In this document: positions 47,759 through 58,132 of the stretch, piece after piece
How the letters are laid out: each line of letters begins with the position of its first letter
How positions within the stretch are numbered: the stretch's first letter is position 1
DNA from: a virus
IMG/VR virus record: IMGVR_UViG_3300032282_004772
Reading direction: 5' to 3' (one strand)
DNA length: 64,000 nt
Program-made: the position numbers and the translations under genes
Notes under the pieces: model-generated
Database searches by the model: none
What the model was told of the DNA's origin: nothing
The model's input: only the letters and a program-made list of their open reading frames with translations

Positions 47759-47962
47759 ATGAAAAAAACAAAAAAAATAGAAAGTTATTCGGTGAATAAC
47801 GATTTTGTTATCACAAATTTCACAACAAATAATGATTATGCTTGTTTTGAATTTTTAGGATTAGTTAATCTAAGTGAAGTTTTGGTTAATTGTGTAATAT
47901 GTAATTACAAAAAGGAAAACAAAAATCATAATTACTGCCCGAACTGCGGAAAAGCGTATTAG
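47759..47962 (+). CDS. Small zinc-ribbon protein
   Basis: CVIC...YCPNCG. Confidence 0.55.
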   Translation: MKKTKKIESYSVNNDFVITNFTTNNDYACFEFLGLVNLSEVLVNCVICNYKKENKNHNYCPNCGKAY

Positions 47963-48010
47963 TTTTGTTTAAGGACAACTATTTATAGAAAACCTTAAAA
48001 TTTTTGTAAA

Positions 48011-48568
48011 ATGAAACATTTTATCATCTTAGTATCAATATTTACGCTTTTTAGTGTAAATGTTAAGTCACAAAATACTTTAGAAAGTATTGGATTACCT
48101 GGGTCAGGATTATTCAGAGGATTATTTTTAAATTCAGAAAGATATAATCTAATAAGAACTGACGAATTTGGTGATATTAAATCAATCTCGGATATTTCTA
48201 ATTCTAAACTTGATTCTTCTGATTTAAATGAATCTTCTTTTATAATCTATGGATATACCACAATAAAAAACGGTAAAATAACATCAAAATCATCCGACTA
48301 TGATTATTGGTTGGTGTTAAAAGAAGAATCCATAAATAGTTATATTTTTCCAAACCCGACTTCAAGTAAACTATACGTCTTTTTAAATGGACAATTAGAA
48401 AACTCCGAAATATCCATATATGATATTAGAGGAAGATTGGTTGTAGATTATTCTTTAAACGATAATTTAACTGAATTATCTGTAAATGGATTGCAACCGG
48501 GTTATTATATCTGTAAAATTTACAATAATAAAACTTTAATAAAAACAGAAAAATTATGCATTATTTAA
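48011..48568 (+). CDS. Secreted protein with a type IX secretion (T9SS type A) C-terminal sorting domain
   Basis: Signal peptide plus IFPNPT..ISIYDIRGRLV..GLQPGYYICKI..TEKLCII. Confidence 0.85.
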   Translation: MKHFIILVSIFTLFSVNVKSQNTLESIGLPGSGLFRGLFLNSERYNLIRTDEFGDIKSISDISNSKLDSSDLNESSFIIYGYTTIKNGKITSKSSDYDYWLVLKEESINSYIFPNPTSSKLYVFLNGQLENSEISIYDIRGRLVVDYSLNDNLTELSVNGLQPGYYICKIYNNKTLIKTEKLCII

Positions 48569-49956
48569 AAAAATTAATTTTATCATGTTTACTAACATTA
48601 GTTAGTTTGTCAGTTTTTAGTCAAAACACAATAACATGGTATAGGGTTACATCAGATTCATCGAATCTAAATTATAATCCATTTGTGGGTAACACAATAA
48701 AAACTAGTTACTATAACATAAACCCAAAAACAGGAGAACAAAAAAGATATATCGGCAATTCTATTTGGGTGGTAGATTCTTTGTTCGCACAAAAATCAAC
48801 TCCTGTAACATCAAACTCAATATCTCTTGATTATAGTCCTGAACAATTTGGGGCGGTAAATTCAAATATCACATTTGCTCAAAAAGGGATTGACCAAACA
48901 ACAGTAGATTTGACCTATCCAGGTATTGGTGCGAATACTTCTGATAACATAGATTGGGCAGCTTGGCAAATGGCCGTTAAAATGGCAACAACTAATGGAG
49001 GTAGTGTCAAAGCTAAAGGTGGAATATATTATATAGGCTCTAAACCAATTTATATCGAAAAGTACGCAAAGAATTTTCAAATAGATGGAAATTACTGTAA
49101 GGTAATCTCAACAAGTCCGTCTTCAATTTTTACAAGAATATCACCATCAAGTAACAGTGATGCTCAAACGATGGTTGAATTAAAACTAACATTCAAAAAT
49201 ATTACATTGAGAGGGAACTCTTCTCAAATCGGTATTGATTTTGGGCCTTCTTATGGTGCGGTATATGAAAATATTATAGGAGAAAATTTAATGGAGTGTA
49301 TTCATTTAAGATTTGCTTTAAGAACCATAATTAGTAATTGTTTTTCAACTAACTCCAATATAGGTTGGGTTGCAGATAAAGGTAATTGGTCAGGAGCGTC
49401 TAATAGTAACTCACAATCAAATCACACTACTTTCACAAGTTGTAGATATTTTGGTGCCGGTGATTGTGCTTTTAAAATAATTGCATCATCAGGATGTGTT
49501 GTTGAAAACTGTATCATTGAAGGCCAGTCTGTTAGAGCGGGTATAGATTTTGATGGGAATGGGTCAACTGTGGTTAAAGATTTTTCAGTTAGAAATATTC
49601 ACTTTGAATGTACTGGCGGAGCATCGGAATCAATTATAAAAATAAGAATGCACAGTGGTATTGCAACAGTGGATAAAGTTTATGCAATTTACTCATCTAT
49701 TTTAGTTGACGCTGGAGCAACCACAGGGTATCTAACTATGAGAGTTTCAAACGTTTCATATTGTGTTTTGAAAAATGGTAAAGCTTTCAATAATGCAGGT
49801 AACGTTGGGTGGATATTAGAATACAATGAAAACCCTTTAACTACTAATTCAGCATCTACTACAGTCCCTACATGGTTTAACGGAACTGCGGTATCTTTAT
49901 GTAATGGGAGTGGTTGTGGTTCAAATAGATTTTATTATATTGGTATTCCAAGATAA
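48556..49956 (+). CDS. Secreted right-handed beta-helix (pectate-lyase-like) protein
   Basis: Signal peptide ending VFS-Q; PEQFGA..D..AWQMA..GGIYYI start motif and Asn/Cys ladder repeats. Confidence 0.7.
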   Translation: MHYLKKLILSCLLTLVSLSVFSQNTITWYRVTSDSSNLNYNPFVGNTIKTSYYNINPKTGEQKRYIGNSIWVVDSLFAQKSTPVTSNSISLDYSPEQFGAVNSNITFAQKGIDQTTVDLTYPGIGANTSDNIDWAAWQMAVKMATTNGGSVKAKGGIYYIGSKPIYIEKYAKNFQIDGNYCKVISTSPSSIFTRISPSSNSDAQTMVELKLTFKNITLRGNSSQIGIDFGPSYGAVYENIIGENLMECIHLRFALRTIISNCFSTNSNIGWVADKGNWSGASNSNSQSNHTTFTSCRYFGAGDCAFKIIASSGCVVENCIIEGQSVRAGIDFDGNGSTVVKDFSVRNIHFECTGGASESIIKIRMHSGIATVDKVYAIYSSILVDAGATTGYLTMRVSNVSYCVLKNGKAFNNAGNVGWILEYNENPLTTNSASTTVPTWFNGTAVSLCNGSGCGSNRFYYIGIPR

Positions 49957-50005
49957 AAAAAATACTCTAATTTTTAACAAAAAACCCCTATTTTAGGGGT
50001 TTTTT

Positions 50006-50224
50006 TTATCTATTATTCAAAGTCTTGAATAAATTTCCAATAAGTTTCATAGAATCTTCCATTTGTTTTGAGTCATTAATTACAGGGTATTTACCCATAA
50101 ATGGATTATTTTGAGATAATTTTATTATATTTTTACCATATTTTTTCCAAAAAAGTATAATACATACTAAAAAAGATAATAAAATTAAACAAAGAACCGT
50201 TAGAATAAAATTTAAATAAATCAT
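50006..50224 (-). CDS. Small single-TM protein
   Basis: Hydrophobic N-terminus. Confidence 0.55.
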   Translation of the reverse strand: MIYLNFILTVLCLILLSFLVCIILFWKKYGKNIIKLSQNNPFMGKYPVINDSKQMEDSMKLIGNLFKTLNNR

Positions 50225-50294
50225 TTTTTTTATTTTAAAATTAAAATAAAAAATTTAAATAATCAATATTATACTATTAATTTCCTGACGAACC

Positions 50295-51092
50295 TCACTG
50301 TCCTGCAACTCCACTTTGTCCCGCAATTCCACTTTGTCCATAATAAGTGCTCGAATTAATTATATTAGGGAACGCACTTTTTACTTGGGCTTGTCGTTCA
50401 GGATTTCTATTTGCATATATAAATCCTTGTCCGTATTTTTCCCAAGCGTCTTTAACATCTTGTGTGAATTTATTAGTTGCATCTGAAAAAGTTATGTTTC
50501 CACCCAATCCTATGACATAGTCTTTAAATTTTTTTATAATTTCAGGGGTGGATAATTCTGCAGGTGATTGACCTGTTAACTCTGAGCCAGGTAAATTAGG
50601 AACCACTGGTGGCAATGTATTTATGATACTTAATAATTGCGTAACTTCTGACGCTTTTTTCCATGCACCTTGTGTTGCTGCCGGACTAAATACGAGTACG
50701 TTTCTATCTGATTCAATATAAGGTTTTAAATCATCTATCTTATCTACTTTTTTATACCCACTAGTTTCGTTCTTATCAACGACATACCATAAATCAGATG
50801 TTCCCGACTGTAAAGTCTTTAAATAAGTGTCTTTGTTTGCATTCCAAGCTGCAGTAGTTTTAGGTCCAAAATTACCATACCCTTTTCCTGTTTTATTTAA
50901 TTTTTTACCGCCACCTAACCAATCTGTATTAGCATCTAGCCAATCTTGAAATTTTTTAACACCTTCTCTATCTTTAAGTTCTGTAGGTATTGTTGCTTCA
51001 GATAATAATGATTTATCTTTTTCATAAAGATTTCTAATGTGATTCACATCTTCTTCTGTTATAACTAATGCTAAACTATTTTTCATATTCAT
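50295..51092 (-). CDS. Leader-motif protein with a peptidoglycan-binding-like segment
   Basis: VKKFQDWLD...GNFGPKTTAAW. Confidence 0.55.
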   Translation of the reverse strand: MNMKNSLALVITEEDVNHIRNLYEKDKSLLSEATIPTELKDREGVKKFQDWLDANTDWLGGGKKLNKTGKGYGNFGPKTTAAWNANKDTYLKTLQSGTSDLWYVVDKNETSGYKKVDKIDDLKPYIESDRNVLVFSPAATQGAWKKASEVTQLLSIINTLPPVVPNLPGSELTGQSPAELSTPEIIKKFKDYVIGLGGNITFSDATNKFTQDVKDAWEKYGQGFIYANRNPERQAQVKSAFPNIINSSTYYGQSGIAGQSGVAGQ

Positions 51093-51121
51093 TTTTATTT
51101 ATATAAATATTATTGTTTTGA

Positions 51122-51442
51122 TTAATATTCTACTCGACATATGTCTAAGTATTTTTTTATAGTCCTTCTAATAACTTCTTTATCAACATCTTTAAATTCA
51201 TCCTCCATACAATTAAAAATGGCTCCAACCAAATATTTTTTACTATCATCTAAATTTTTAGATTTTCCGCAAATAAATATATGTCTAAATTTAAGTTGAG
51301 GTAAATTCCCAAAATCCATGTCAGTGACATATGTACTAACAGGAAAATGTCTTTTAAGATAATTTAATACCCTGTTATCCGTATTTCCTGAATACTTGTT
51401 AAATAACTCTTCCTTTTGTTGTTCAGTTATTATTATTTTCAT
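51122..51442 (-). CDS. Hypothetical protein (MKIIITEQQ leader)
   Basis: 106 aa with TATTTATA upstream. Confidence 0.65.
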   Translation of the reverse strand: MKIIITEQQKEELFNKYSGNTDNRVLNYLKRHFPVSTYVTDMDFGNLPQLKFRHIFICGKSKNLDDSKKYLVGAIFNCMEDEFKDVDKEVIRRTIKKYLDICRVEY

Positions 51443-51487
51443 AACTATAAATACCTTTTAATTAAAAAATAACTATAATTATTATAA

Positions 51488-51757
51488 ATGAAAAGAATGT
51501 TAGAACATTTAATTAATGTTGTTCAAAAAGATGACGTTGAGCTAATGTTTGGAATTGGTAGTAAAGTAATTATAGAAGGGATATCTTACTCTACTAATTC
51601 TAAAACATATGTAATCCACACCAAGGTTATGGCCACAAATATAGATGATTCTTTAGATATTTTTCCAACAGGTCTCAATATGTTGATTACTGAAGGATGG
51701 AAATACACAGGAATCGATAGTGAAATTACTATGATTAATTCAATTGATGTTCTTTAA
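51488..51757 (+). CDS. Hypothetical protein
   Basis: 89-aa ORF. Confidence 0.6.
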   Translation: MKRMLEHLINVVQKDDVELMFGIGSKVIIEGISYSTNSKTYVIHTKVMATNIDDSLDIFPTGLNMLITEGWKYTGIDSEITMINSIDVL

Positions 51758-53583
51758 AATACTTTACTATAAAAAGGACTTCCTCCTTCAGACTGGAAAT
51801 GTTTTTCAAATCCTTCCGGTAATTTTGGATTAGAGTTTTTAAGATTAATGAACATTAATGCCGGCAACTCTAAAATAGAACTTGGTAATTCAATAAGATT
51901 AGAATTGTCAGGTAAAGATAAGAATGTTAAGTTTTTTAACTGTCCCATCTCATCAGGTAAAGTTCTAACACAATTCATTAATAATAACGCCTCTAAATTT
52001 TTAAATTTACTAATATCTGAAGGAATATCTAAATTAAGACTATCGTTTGATTTATTGCTAAAAACAAAACTTTTTAAGTTGTTAGGTAATGAACTAAAGA
52101 AACTATTAAACCCATACAATGCAATTATTTTCGCCTCACTACTATTTGGAAATTCAATTTCAAGTTTTTCTCCTCCCGAGCTTGTAACCTGAGACATGAA
52201 AGTTGGACGTAACTCTTCTCTTAATTGTTTTAACATCGGAGTTCTTAATAATGCAATATCAGCTTGTGATAGATTTCTAACATTAGTTGTCTTTAAAGAA
52301 TCAATTTTCTTAGATATATAATATTTTAAAACTTCAGGTTCTGAATTTTGTACCATACCACTACTCAAATCTAAACCTAAAGCAATATATTTCTTTTTTA
52401 GATTTGGTGTTAGGTTAGAATATTGAGTATCATTTAATCTTGGACTAGTTACTTCTAACCATAATTCAGTCATATCAACATCATCATTAAATGATTTGAT
52501 TGGGTCGTCTCCGACTCTAACACTTTTTACTCTTCTAATTAAATCTTTTTCTTCTGAGGTTAAAGGTTTTGGAACAAAAATATGTTCTAGTCCTTTTAAT
52601 TTTGGAACTTTACTAACAATGTCATTCCAAGGGATATTAGAGTGTCCGCTATATTTTCCTGAGTTAGAACCATCTGCTAAAGACATTCCACCTCTAGGGT
52701 CAACTAAAACAACCACCGCAAAATTTAAATCATCAAATGGTTTATCTTCATCAATCACATAATACAGAGTTCTTTCATTATCTAATCTGTAATTATAATA
52801 CATATTTCCGGACCCCTCTCTACTTGTACACCAACTTCTACCATTTCTGAGTTTAATGCATTGGTCCTTAGTTAAAGGTGCAAATATTTTTAGATTATTT
52901 TCATCGTATTTTAATTCAATGTCTGAAATATCAACTGTTTTACTTTTTTCTTTACTCGTATTTGCGGTAATCCCATCTAAAAGATGTTCGAACTCACTAA
53001 ATGACATTTTATCTGCCCCTTTAGTTGTAAAAGGTATTAAGTCAAAATTATCCAAATATATTCCAACATAAAATAAAATTTGGTCTTTAGTTAAATTAGG
53101 GTTTTCTTTTGAGAATTTTGTCCAAAGTTTTTTAGAAATTAACTTAGGATAAACATCATCAACTAATTTAACCAAATCTAAAAATTTATATTTTAAAATA
53201 TCTTTTTTCTTTTCAGGTAATTCAGATTGTATTTCTAAAAATTTCTTAATATATCTTTTTAATGAATTATTTTCTAATTTTGACTCTTTTTTCTTAAATT
53301 CTGTAAAAATATCATCAAGAGTTTTTGCCGATTCCTTTGAAGAAATTAATGATTTTAATTCCTCATAAGAGTATTTCATAATATCTCTTTTATCTTGGGC
53401 TAACCCTGTTTTATATCTATCGAATAGGTCTATAACCGCTAAAATTGTTTCTTCCGAATCGGTTGTCGTTGGCAAAAATTTTGTTAATAATTGTTTCTTT
53501 ACTTTTTCAGAAACTTCTGAAATGAAAATTTTAGGACTTTGTGTCTCTAAAACAACATTAGTTAATAGTTTAAGTAATTTCAT
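51754..53583 (-). CDS. Large protein with a WCT domain and C-terminal leucine-rich repeats
   Basis: IPSDISKFKNLEAL, LPDEMGQLKNLTFLSL and LPSSILELPAL repeats. Confidence 0.75.
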   Translation of the reverse strand: MKLLKLLTNVVLETQSPKIFISEVSEKVKKQLLTKFLPTTTDSEETILAVIDLFDRYKTGLAQDKRDIMKYSYEELKSLISSKESAKTLDDIFTEFKKKESKLENNSLKRYIKKFLEIQSELPEKKKDILKYKFLDLVKLVDDVYPKLISKKLWTKFSKENPNLTKDQILFYVGIYLDNFDLIPFTTKGADKMSFSEFEHLLDGITANTSKEKSKTVDISDIELKYDENNLKIFAPLTKDQCIKLRNGRSWCTSREGSGNMYYNYRLDNERTLYYVIDEDKPFDDLNFAVVVLVDPRGGMSLADGSNSGKYSGHSNIPWNDIVSKVPKLKGLEHIFVPKPLTSEEKDLIRRVKSVRVGDDPIKSFNDDVDMTELWLEVTSPRLNDTQYSNLTPNLKKKYIALGLDLSSGMVQNSEPEVLKYYISKKIDSLKTTNVRNLSQADIALLRTPMLKQLREELRPTFMSQVTSSGGEKLEIEFPNSSEAKIIALYGFNSFFSSLPNNLKSFVFSNKSNDSLNLDIPSDISKFKNLEALLLMNCVRTLPDEMGQLKNLTFLSLPDNSNLIELPSSILELPALMFINLKNSNPKLPEGFEKHFQSEGGSPFYSKVF

Positions 53584-53614
53584 TATATTTTTATTTTATA
53601 AATATTCAGAAAAT

Positions 53615-53854
53615 TTAAATTCTATATATGTTAAACTCAAATCCAGTTAAATTTGATAATTCTTCACTAATATCTGAAGAGTTTGGTGGGAATTCTTTAA
53701 TGTCAACCCCTACGAAAATTGCTGGAGTATCGTCTTCCCATATATTATCATCTGTTAGTTTTTTTCTATTTAAAACCTCAATATCTTTAATTTCAATTTT
53801 TAAATCAGGATGAACCTTATCAAAATAAGTTTCACATAAAAACCTAAAATCCAT
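53615..53854 (-). CDS. Hypothetical protein
   Basis: 79-aa ORF. Confidence 0.55.
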   Translation of the reverse strand: MDFRFLCETYFDKVHPDLKIEIKDIEVLNRKKLTDDNIWEDDTPAIFVGVDIKEFPPNSSDISEELSNLTGFEFNIYRI

Positions 53855-53857
53855 AAG

Positions 53858-54178
53858 TTAATTTGTATAATATGCCAATATTGTTTGTTTTATTATATTA
53901 TTTAAATCCGATTCAGTAATCCTAATTACTTTTTTTCCAACACTTTCTTTATGTAATCTAAATTCATTTCTAACTTTAAGTTTCATTAAAGATAATAAAT
54001 CGGACAATTTTTTAAATTCTTTTGTATTTTCCCTTATTTCGTATTTTCTAATAAAGGTGTTTATTTCTTTTGTAACATCTTTTATTTCAAAAAGATTTTT
54101 ACAAGAAACTAATTTTTTAACCAAACTATTATATTCATATCTCCACCTATTTGGTGGAATAGTGTAATTAAAGTCCAT
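53858..54178 (-). CDS. Hypothetical protein with the leader motif at its C-terminus
   Basis: KKVIRITESDLNNIIK near the C-terminus. Confidence 0.65.
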   Translation of the reverse strand: MDFNYTIPPNRWRYEYNSLVKKLVSCKNLFEIKDVTKEINTFIRKYEIRENTKEFKKLSDLLSLMKLKVRNEFRLHKESVGKKVIRITESDLNNIIKQTILAYYTN

Positions 54179-54205
54179 TCTAATAAATATCGTGGTTACC
54201 TGATA

Positions 54206-54391
54206 TTATTTCATCATTTGTTGGACTTCTTTCATAATCTGATTTTGTTTTGTTTTTAACATGTTAATCTCATTTATTTGAGATTGGTTTAAGTCTATAT
54301 TTTGCCCTTTAATTTCTGCAATTTTATTTCCAATTTTATCGAATTGGTTTAATAAAGACCAATATTTTTGTGATTTTTCTTCTTGTCTCAT
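54206..54391 (-). CDS. Small coiled-coil protein
   Basis: 61-aa ORF. Confidence 0.55.
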   Translation of the reverse strand: MRQEEKSQKYWSLLNQFDKIGNKIAEIKGQNIDLNQSQINEINMLKTKQNQIMKEVQQMMK

Positions 54392-54481
54392 TTTATTAAA
54401 CTAAATGTTTTTTATTTTTTGTAAACTAAATTGTTACTAATTTGTAAACTAAATTACTTGCAATTTGTAAAATAGAATTTA

Positions 54482-54826
54482 TTAATAAGTTTCTGGCATA
54501 GAAATATCACTAATATTGATGTCGAACATTTTCGAGAAAAAGTTTTTGAGGTCTTCCAAATTTAATCCGTATAATGAAGAATATTCGGTTTCTATTTTTC
54601 TATGTAAAATTAACCTACATTTATCTTCTTGTTTACAATCAATTAAAAAAATACCTTGTAGATTTCCATTATTATTTTCATACCCAACGATATTTTGTAT
54701 TTGATGTCCCTCTGTTGAGTATTTGTAATCAACTTCTAAACTTGATATATAGTTTTCTAAATTATTTAGTCCGAATTCTTTTATTTTATCAAATTGATTT
54801 TCGGTTATTAGATATTTCATACTCAT
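54482..54826 (-). CDS. Hypothetical protein (~110-aa paralogue family)
   Basis: MKYLITENQF leader. Confidence 0.65.
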   Translation of the reverse strand: MSMKYLITENQFDKIKEFGLNNLENYISSLEVDYKYSTEGHQIQNIVGYENNNGNLQGIFLIDCKQEDKCRLILHRKIETEYSSLYGLNLEDLKNFFSKMFDINISDISMPETY

Positions 54827-55158
54827 AAATACCTACGTTTAATCATTTTAACCGTAGATTTAAATGGAGTATTATCCATCCACTTACATTTTCTTATTTT
54901 TTTCTCCAATATTTCTTGTACAAACAAAACCAATATTGATTCATATTCAACTTCATCTAATGAAAAAAACTGAAAAAAATCATCAAAAAAAGGTAAATTC
55001 CACGTCAATAAATGTTTTTTTTCATCAAATCTAAAATAACAAATGTTTGTTTCATCATTAATAAACCACAATTCATTTTCGTGTTCATATACTTTCATAT
55101 CGTGTAACTCAAACCAAAGTTTACGTATGACAATGTCATTATACTTATCCGAAAACAT
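54823..55158 (-). CDS. Hypothetical protein (~110-aa paralogue family)
   Basis: YFRFDEKKHLLTWNLPFFDDFFQFFSL. Confidence 0.6.
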   Translation of the reverse strand: MFSDKYNDIVIRKLWFELHDMKVYEHENELWFINDETNICYFRFDEKKHLLTWNLPFFDDFFQFFSLDEVEYESILVLFVQEILEKKIRKCKWMDNTPFKSTVKMIKRRYL

Positions 55159-55221
55159 ATATCTATAGTTGTTAATAAAAAAACCCCCGTGTAGAGGGTT
55201 TTCTTTTGATTATAAGGTTAA

Positions 55222-55653
55222 TTAATAGTACATGTGGATTGCAACCTCATCAAACTTATTACCAACCCTGGTGACAACAAAAAGACATTCTGGGGTATTA
55301 AGTCTATTTTTACCTTTTTGTACGACAGTAAAACTCATATTTTTTTCTGTATTTAAAGAAATGACTTTTACTGAACAATAAAAATCATCTGTTGCCAAAG
55401 TATCAAACAATTCTTTAGAATACCACTTAACATTTTCTCTAGTTAATCCACACTCCGACAAACAAGAATCATATAACGATTTTTCTGTTTCCGATAAAAA
55501 AGACCAAATTTCATCATTGATGTCTCCCGCGTAAGAAAGGTAGTTTGACTCATGATTATAAATAATATCAGGTCTTGTTGGTGTTAAATGATTTTGAGCA
55601 ATTGCAATGCCATTAACAATCACCAACATAACGATTAACAGGATTCTTTTCAT
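55222..55653 (-). CDS. Secreted hypothetical protein
   Basis: Signal peptide ending AIA-Q; TATCTTTG promoter. Confidence 0.65.
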   Translation of the reverse strand: MKRILLIVMLVIVNGIAIAQNHLTPTRPDIIYNHESNYLSYAGDINDEIWSFLSETEKSLYDSCLSECGLTRENVKWYSKELFDTLATDDFYCSVKVISLNTEKNMSFTVVQKGKNRLNTPECLFVVTRVGNKFDEVAIHMYY

Positions 55654-55730
55654 GTTCTATTTTTTTTATTGTTTCATACAAAGATAAATACATTTTTTTT
55701 AATTATCAAAATATTTATAAATAAAAAATT

Positions 55731-56261
55731 ATGAGATTTACCATATCAGAATCAGAAAAGAAAAAAATATTGTCTTTACACAAACTAATAAATGAACAAG
55801 AGTTTACTGTTAATCTTGGTAACGAGGGAATGAAAACTTTAAAATTCATAAAAGTAGGTAGTGATTGGTATGGATATATTGTTCGTCAGGGACAACCAAT
55901 TTCCCAAGAAAATAGAATAAAAGTCCCTAAATCGTCTGAAATAGGATTTATTTACAACTCGAGTACTAAACAATGGACACCAAATGATGCAACAAGAGCC
56001 GCAAAGAATTTGGCGGATATGTTATATTCAGATAGTTTAGAAGGGTCACAAAAAGGTCCTAGATACATTTTTTTAGATGAAGATAAAAACACTTTTGTTT
56101 CAGGAAATATATCACTTTCCAAATATCCGAAAGGAACTGTAGATGGAAATGAAATTAAATTAAAAGACGGAGTAGAAATGTTTTTTAACAAAGATTATTT
56201 TAACGATGGTGAATTTAGTAAAGTAATTTCATCTTCTAATTATGAAGTGGCGGAAATTTAA
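55731..56261 (+). CDS. Hypothetical protein (MRFTISESEK leader)
   Basis: 176 aa with TATTTATA at 55712-55719. Confidence 0.65.
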   Translation: MRFTISESEKKKILSLHKLINEQEFTVNLGNEGMKTLKFIKVGSDWYGYIVRQGQPISQENRIKVPKSSEIGFIYNSSTKQWTPNDATRAAKNLADMLYSDSLEGSQKGPRYIFLDEDKNTFVSGNISLSKYPKGTVDGNEIKLKDGVEMFFNKDYFNDGEFSKVISSSNYEVAEI

Positions 56262-56737
56262 TTGGCTATATTCTTATCATTAGCAAAATCCTGTAATATA
56301 TCTAAAATTTCATCAAGATTATCTGTTACCATATTTTCATAAGGTAATGTAACTTGTCCTAATTCTTCTTCATAATCGTTTCCTTGATATATTGAGATTA
56401 AGATTCCATCAGGCTGAAAAGCGTCTAATACGTGCATCTCACCATTTTCTTCTCTCAATACAATTGGAGAATCCGCACCTAAATCAACTGCGGTTATATT
56501 ACCCTCAAATAAATCGACAAGTTGTTTTATTTGTCTAATTAATTCTTGTCGAGTAGAATAGTCTTTATTGAAACTATTGTCAAGAGTCATTTTTTCGGCT
56601 CTAGTAATAGACTGTATTCCATTTTGGGATATTTTATCTAAAATTCTATTAACTTCATCTTCGTTATAAATTTCATTTATAACTTTTCCTATGATGTCTT
56701 CTAATACCGATTCAGTTATCTTAACGACTTTTTTCAT
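56258..56737 (-). CDS. Hypothetical protein (MKKVVKITES leader)
   Basis: Contains VNRILDKISQNGIQSITRAEK. Confidence 0.65.
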   Translation of the reverse strand: MKKVVKITESVLEDIIGKVINEIYNEDEVNRILDKISQNGIQSITRAEKMTLDNSFNKDYSTRQELIRQIKQLVDLFEGNITAVDLGADSPIVLREENGEMHVLDAFQPDGILISIYQGNDYEEELGQVTLPYENMVTDNLDEILDILQDFANDKNIAN

Positions 56738-56759
56738 ACAAACGTTTTAATAATAAATA

Positions 56760-57074
56760 TCAATAAATTTTATTATTGTTTTTAATATTAAAAAGAATGT
56801 CGCTCACCAAATTATAACTGAGAAGAAGATTAATTTGGAGATTTTTTAATTTTTTTTCTGTTGTAATTATACCATCCCCTTTTAGACATCTAAATTCAGA
56901 CCAAGGTAATTTAACAATTTCTCTATTTTTCATAATAGAAAAATTATTAACATTAACACTATGGACTCTATAACATCCATCCCATTTTTTTATATGAATA
57001 TAATTACCTTCTAAACAAGGTTTCTGTTTTTTTATTAACTCACCTTCTATTTTATAATACCAAGGACTTGACAT
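56760..57074 (-). CDS. Hypothetical protein
   Basis: 104-aa ORF. Confidence 0.55.
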   Translation of the reverse strand: MSSPWYYKIEGELIKKQKPCLEGNYIHIKKWDGCYRVHSVNVNNFSIMKNREIVKLPWSEFRCLKGDGIITTEKKLKNLQINLLLSYNLVSDILFNIKNNNKIY

Positions 57075-57110
57075 AACAAAAAAATAAAAAAACTAATTTA
57101 AATAATCAAT

Positions 57111-57524
57111 TTACTTAGGCATAAAAAAATATGTTCTACACAAACTTGGATGTAGTTTTAATCCCAGTGATTTGTAAAGAAAATCTTCAATATCTCTGAA
57201 TATTTGATATACGTTAATATTTCTAAGGTATGGGCTCAAATTTTTATTATGATTTTTAATCGCTCTTTCGACTTCAATCCCATATAATGCGTATCCATCA
57301 TACTGTTTTAAAAAATTTGACCATACTTTATATTTGGTTAAATACTCTTGTATCTCATCGACTAATTCTAAAAATATTCTATATTCTATAAATCCATTCG
57401 ATTCTTCTACTTCAACAAACTTAACTTCTTTCACTATCTTGAAATTCTTGTCATCTGAAAATTGTATTTGGACAAAATTTTTAATTAAGTTCTCAAGTTG
57501 TTTTTGGTCAAAAATATATTCCAT
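57111..57524 (-). CDS. Hypothetical protein
   Basis: 137-aa ORF. Confidence 0.6.
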   Translation of the reverse strand: MEYIFDQKQLENLIKNFVQIQFSDDKNFKIVKEVKFVEVEESNGFIEYRIFLELVDEIQEYLTKYKVWSNFLKQYDGYALYGIEVERAIKNHNKNLSPYLRNINVYQIFRDIEDFLYKSLGLKLHPSLCRTYFFMPK

Positions 57525-57530
57525 ATTCGT

Positions 57531-57848
57531 TTAAAATGTCATGGATTCGGCGTTTAAACCGTAGTTTATATTAACCCAATCTATTATATATTCCATAAAT
57601 TCTTCGCCAAACACAGATTTTATTTCATCCCAAAAAGCATAAGTTAAAATTATTTCATTTTTGTCTTTAATGAACCTAAAAAATTCATCACCATCATCAT
57701 TTCTAAATTTCCACCCTACAATAGTGTCATGTCCATAAAAATTACGTGTAATTTTGTGCTTTTTTAAATTTTTATATTCGGGATGCATTGATTCCATATA
57801 ATGGAAAAACGCGGTTTTAATTTGATGTTCTTCTACGATTAATTTCAT
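57531..57848 (-). CDS. Hypothetical protein (~110-aa paralogue family)
   Basis: MKLIVEEHQI leader; YIIDWVNINYG. Confidence 0.6.
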   Translation of the reverse strand: MKLIVEEHQIKTAFFHYMESMHPEYKNLKKHKITRNFYGHDTIVGWKFRNDDGDEFFRFIKDKNEIILTYAFWDEIKSVFGEEFMEYIIDWVNINYGLNAESMTF

Positions 57849-57853
57849 AATTA

Positions 57854-58111
57854 TTATGTTGTTGGTGGAAATAATTCTCCTAATCTATCCGCAACATCTT
57901 GGTTTGTCCAATCCCCTATCATATCATAATCATCCCCACTCCAAAGAACAACAAAAAAAGGTGGTTCGGTAATTTGAACTTTAACTTCTCTTTCATTGGG
58001 TAAATCAAACATTTTTAGAATTGTTACTGAAGAATAACTAAAGACTTGTTCCGGTATTATTTTTTCAGGAACTAATTTAGTTGTTCTAGGTACATCAAAT
58101 ATTATTTTCAT
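57854..58111 (-). CDS. Hypothetical protein
   Basis: LWSGDDYDMIGDWTNQDV. Confidence 0.65.
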   Translation of the reverse strand: MKIIFDVPRTTKLVPEKIIPEQVFSYSSVTILKMFDLPNEREVKVQITEPPFFVVLWSGDDYDMIGDWTNQDVADRLGELFPPTT

Positions 58112-58132
58112 AATGTAATTTATTTAGGTGAA

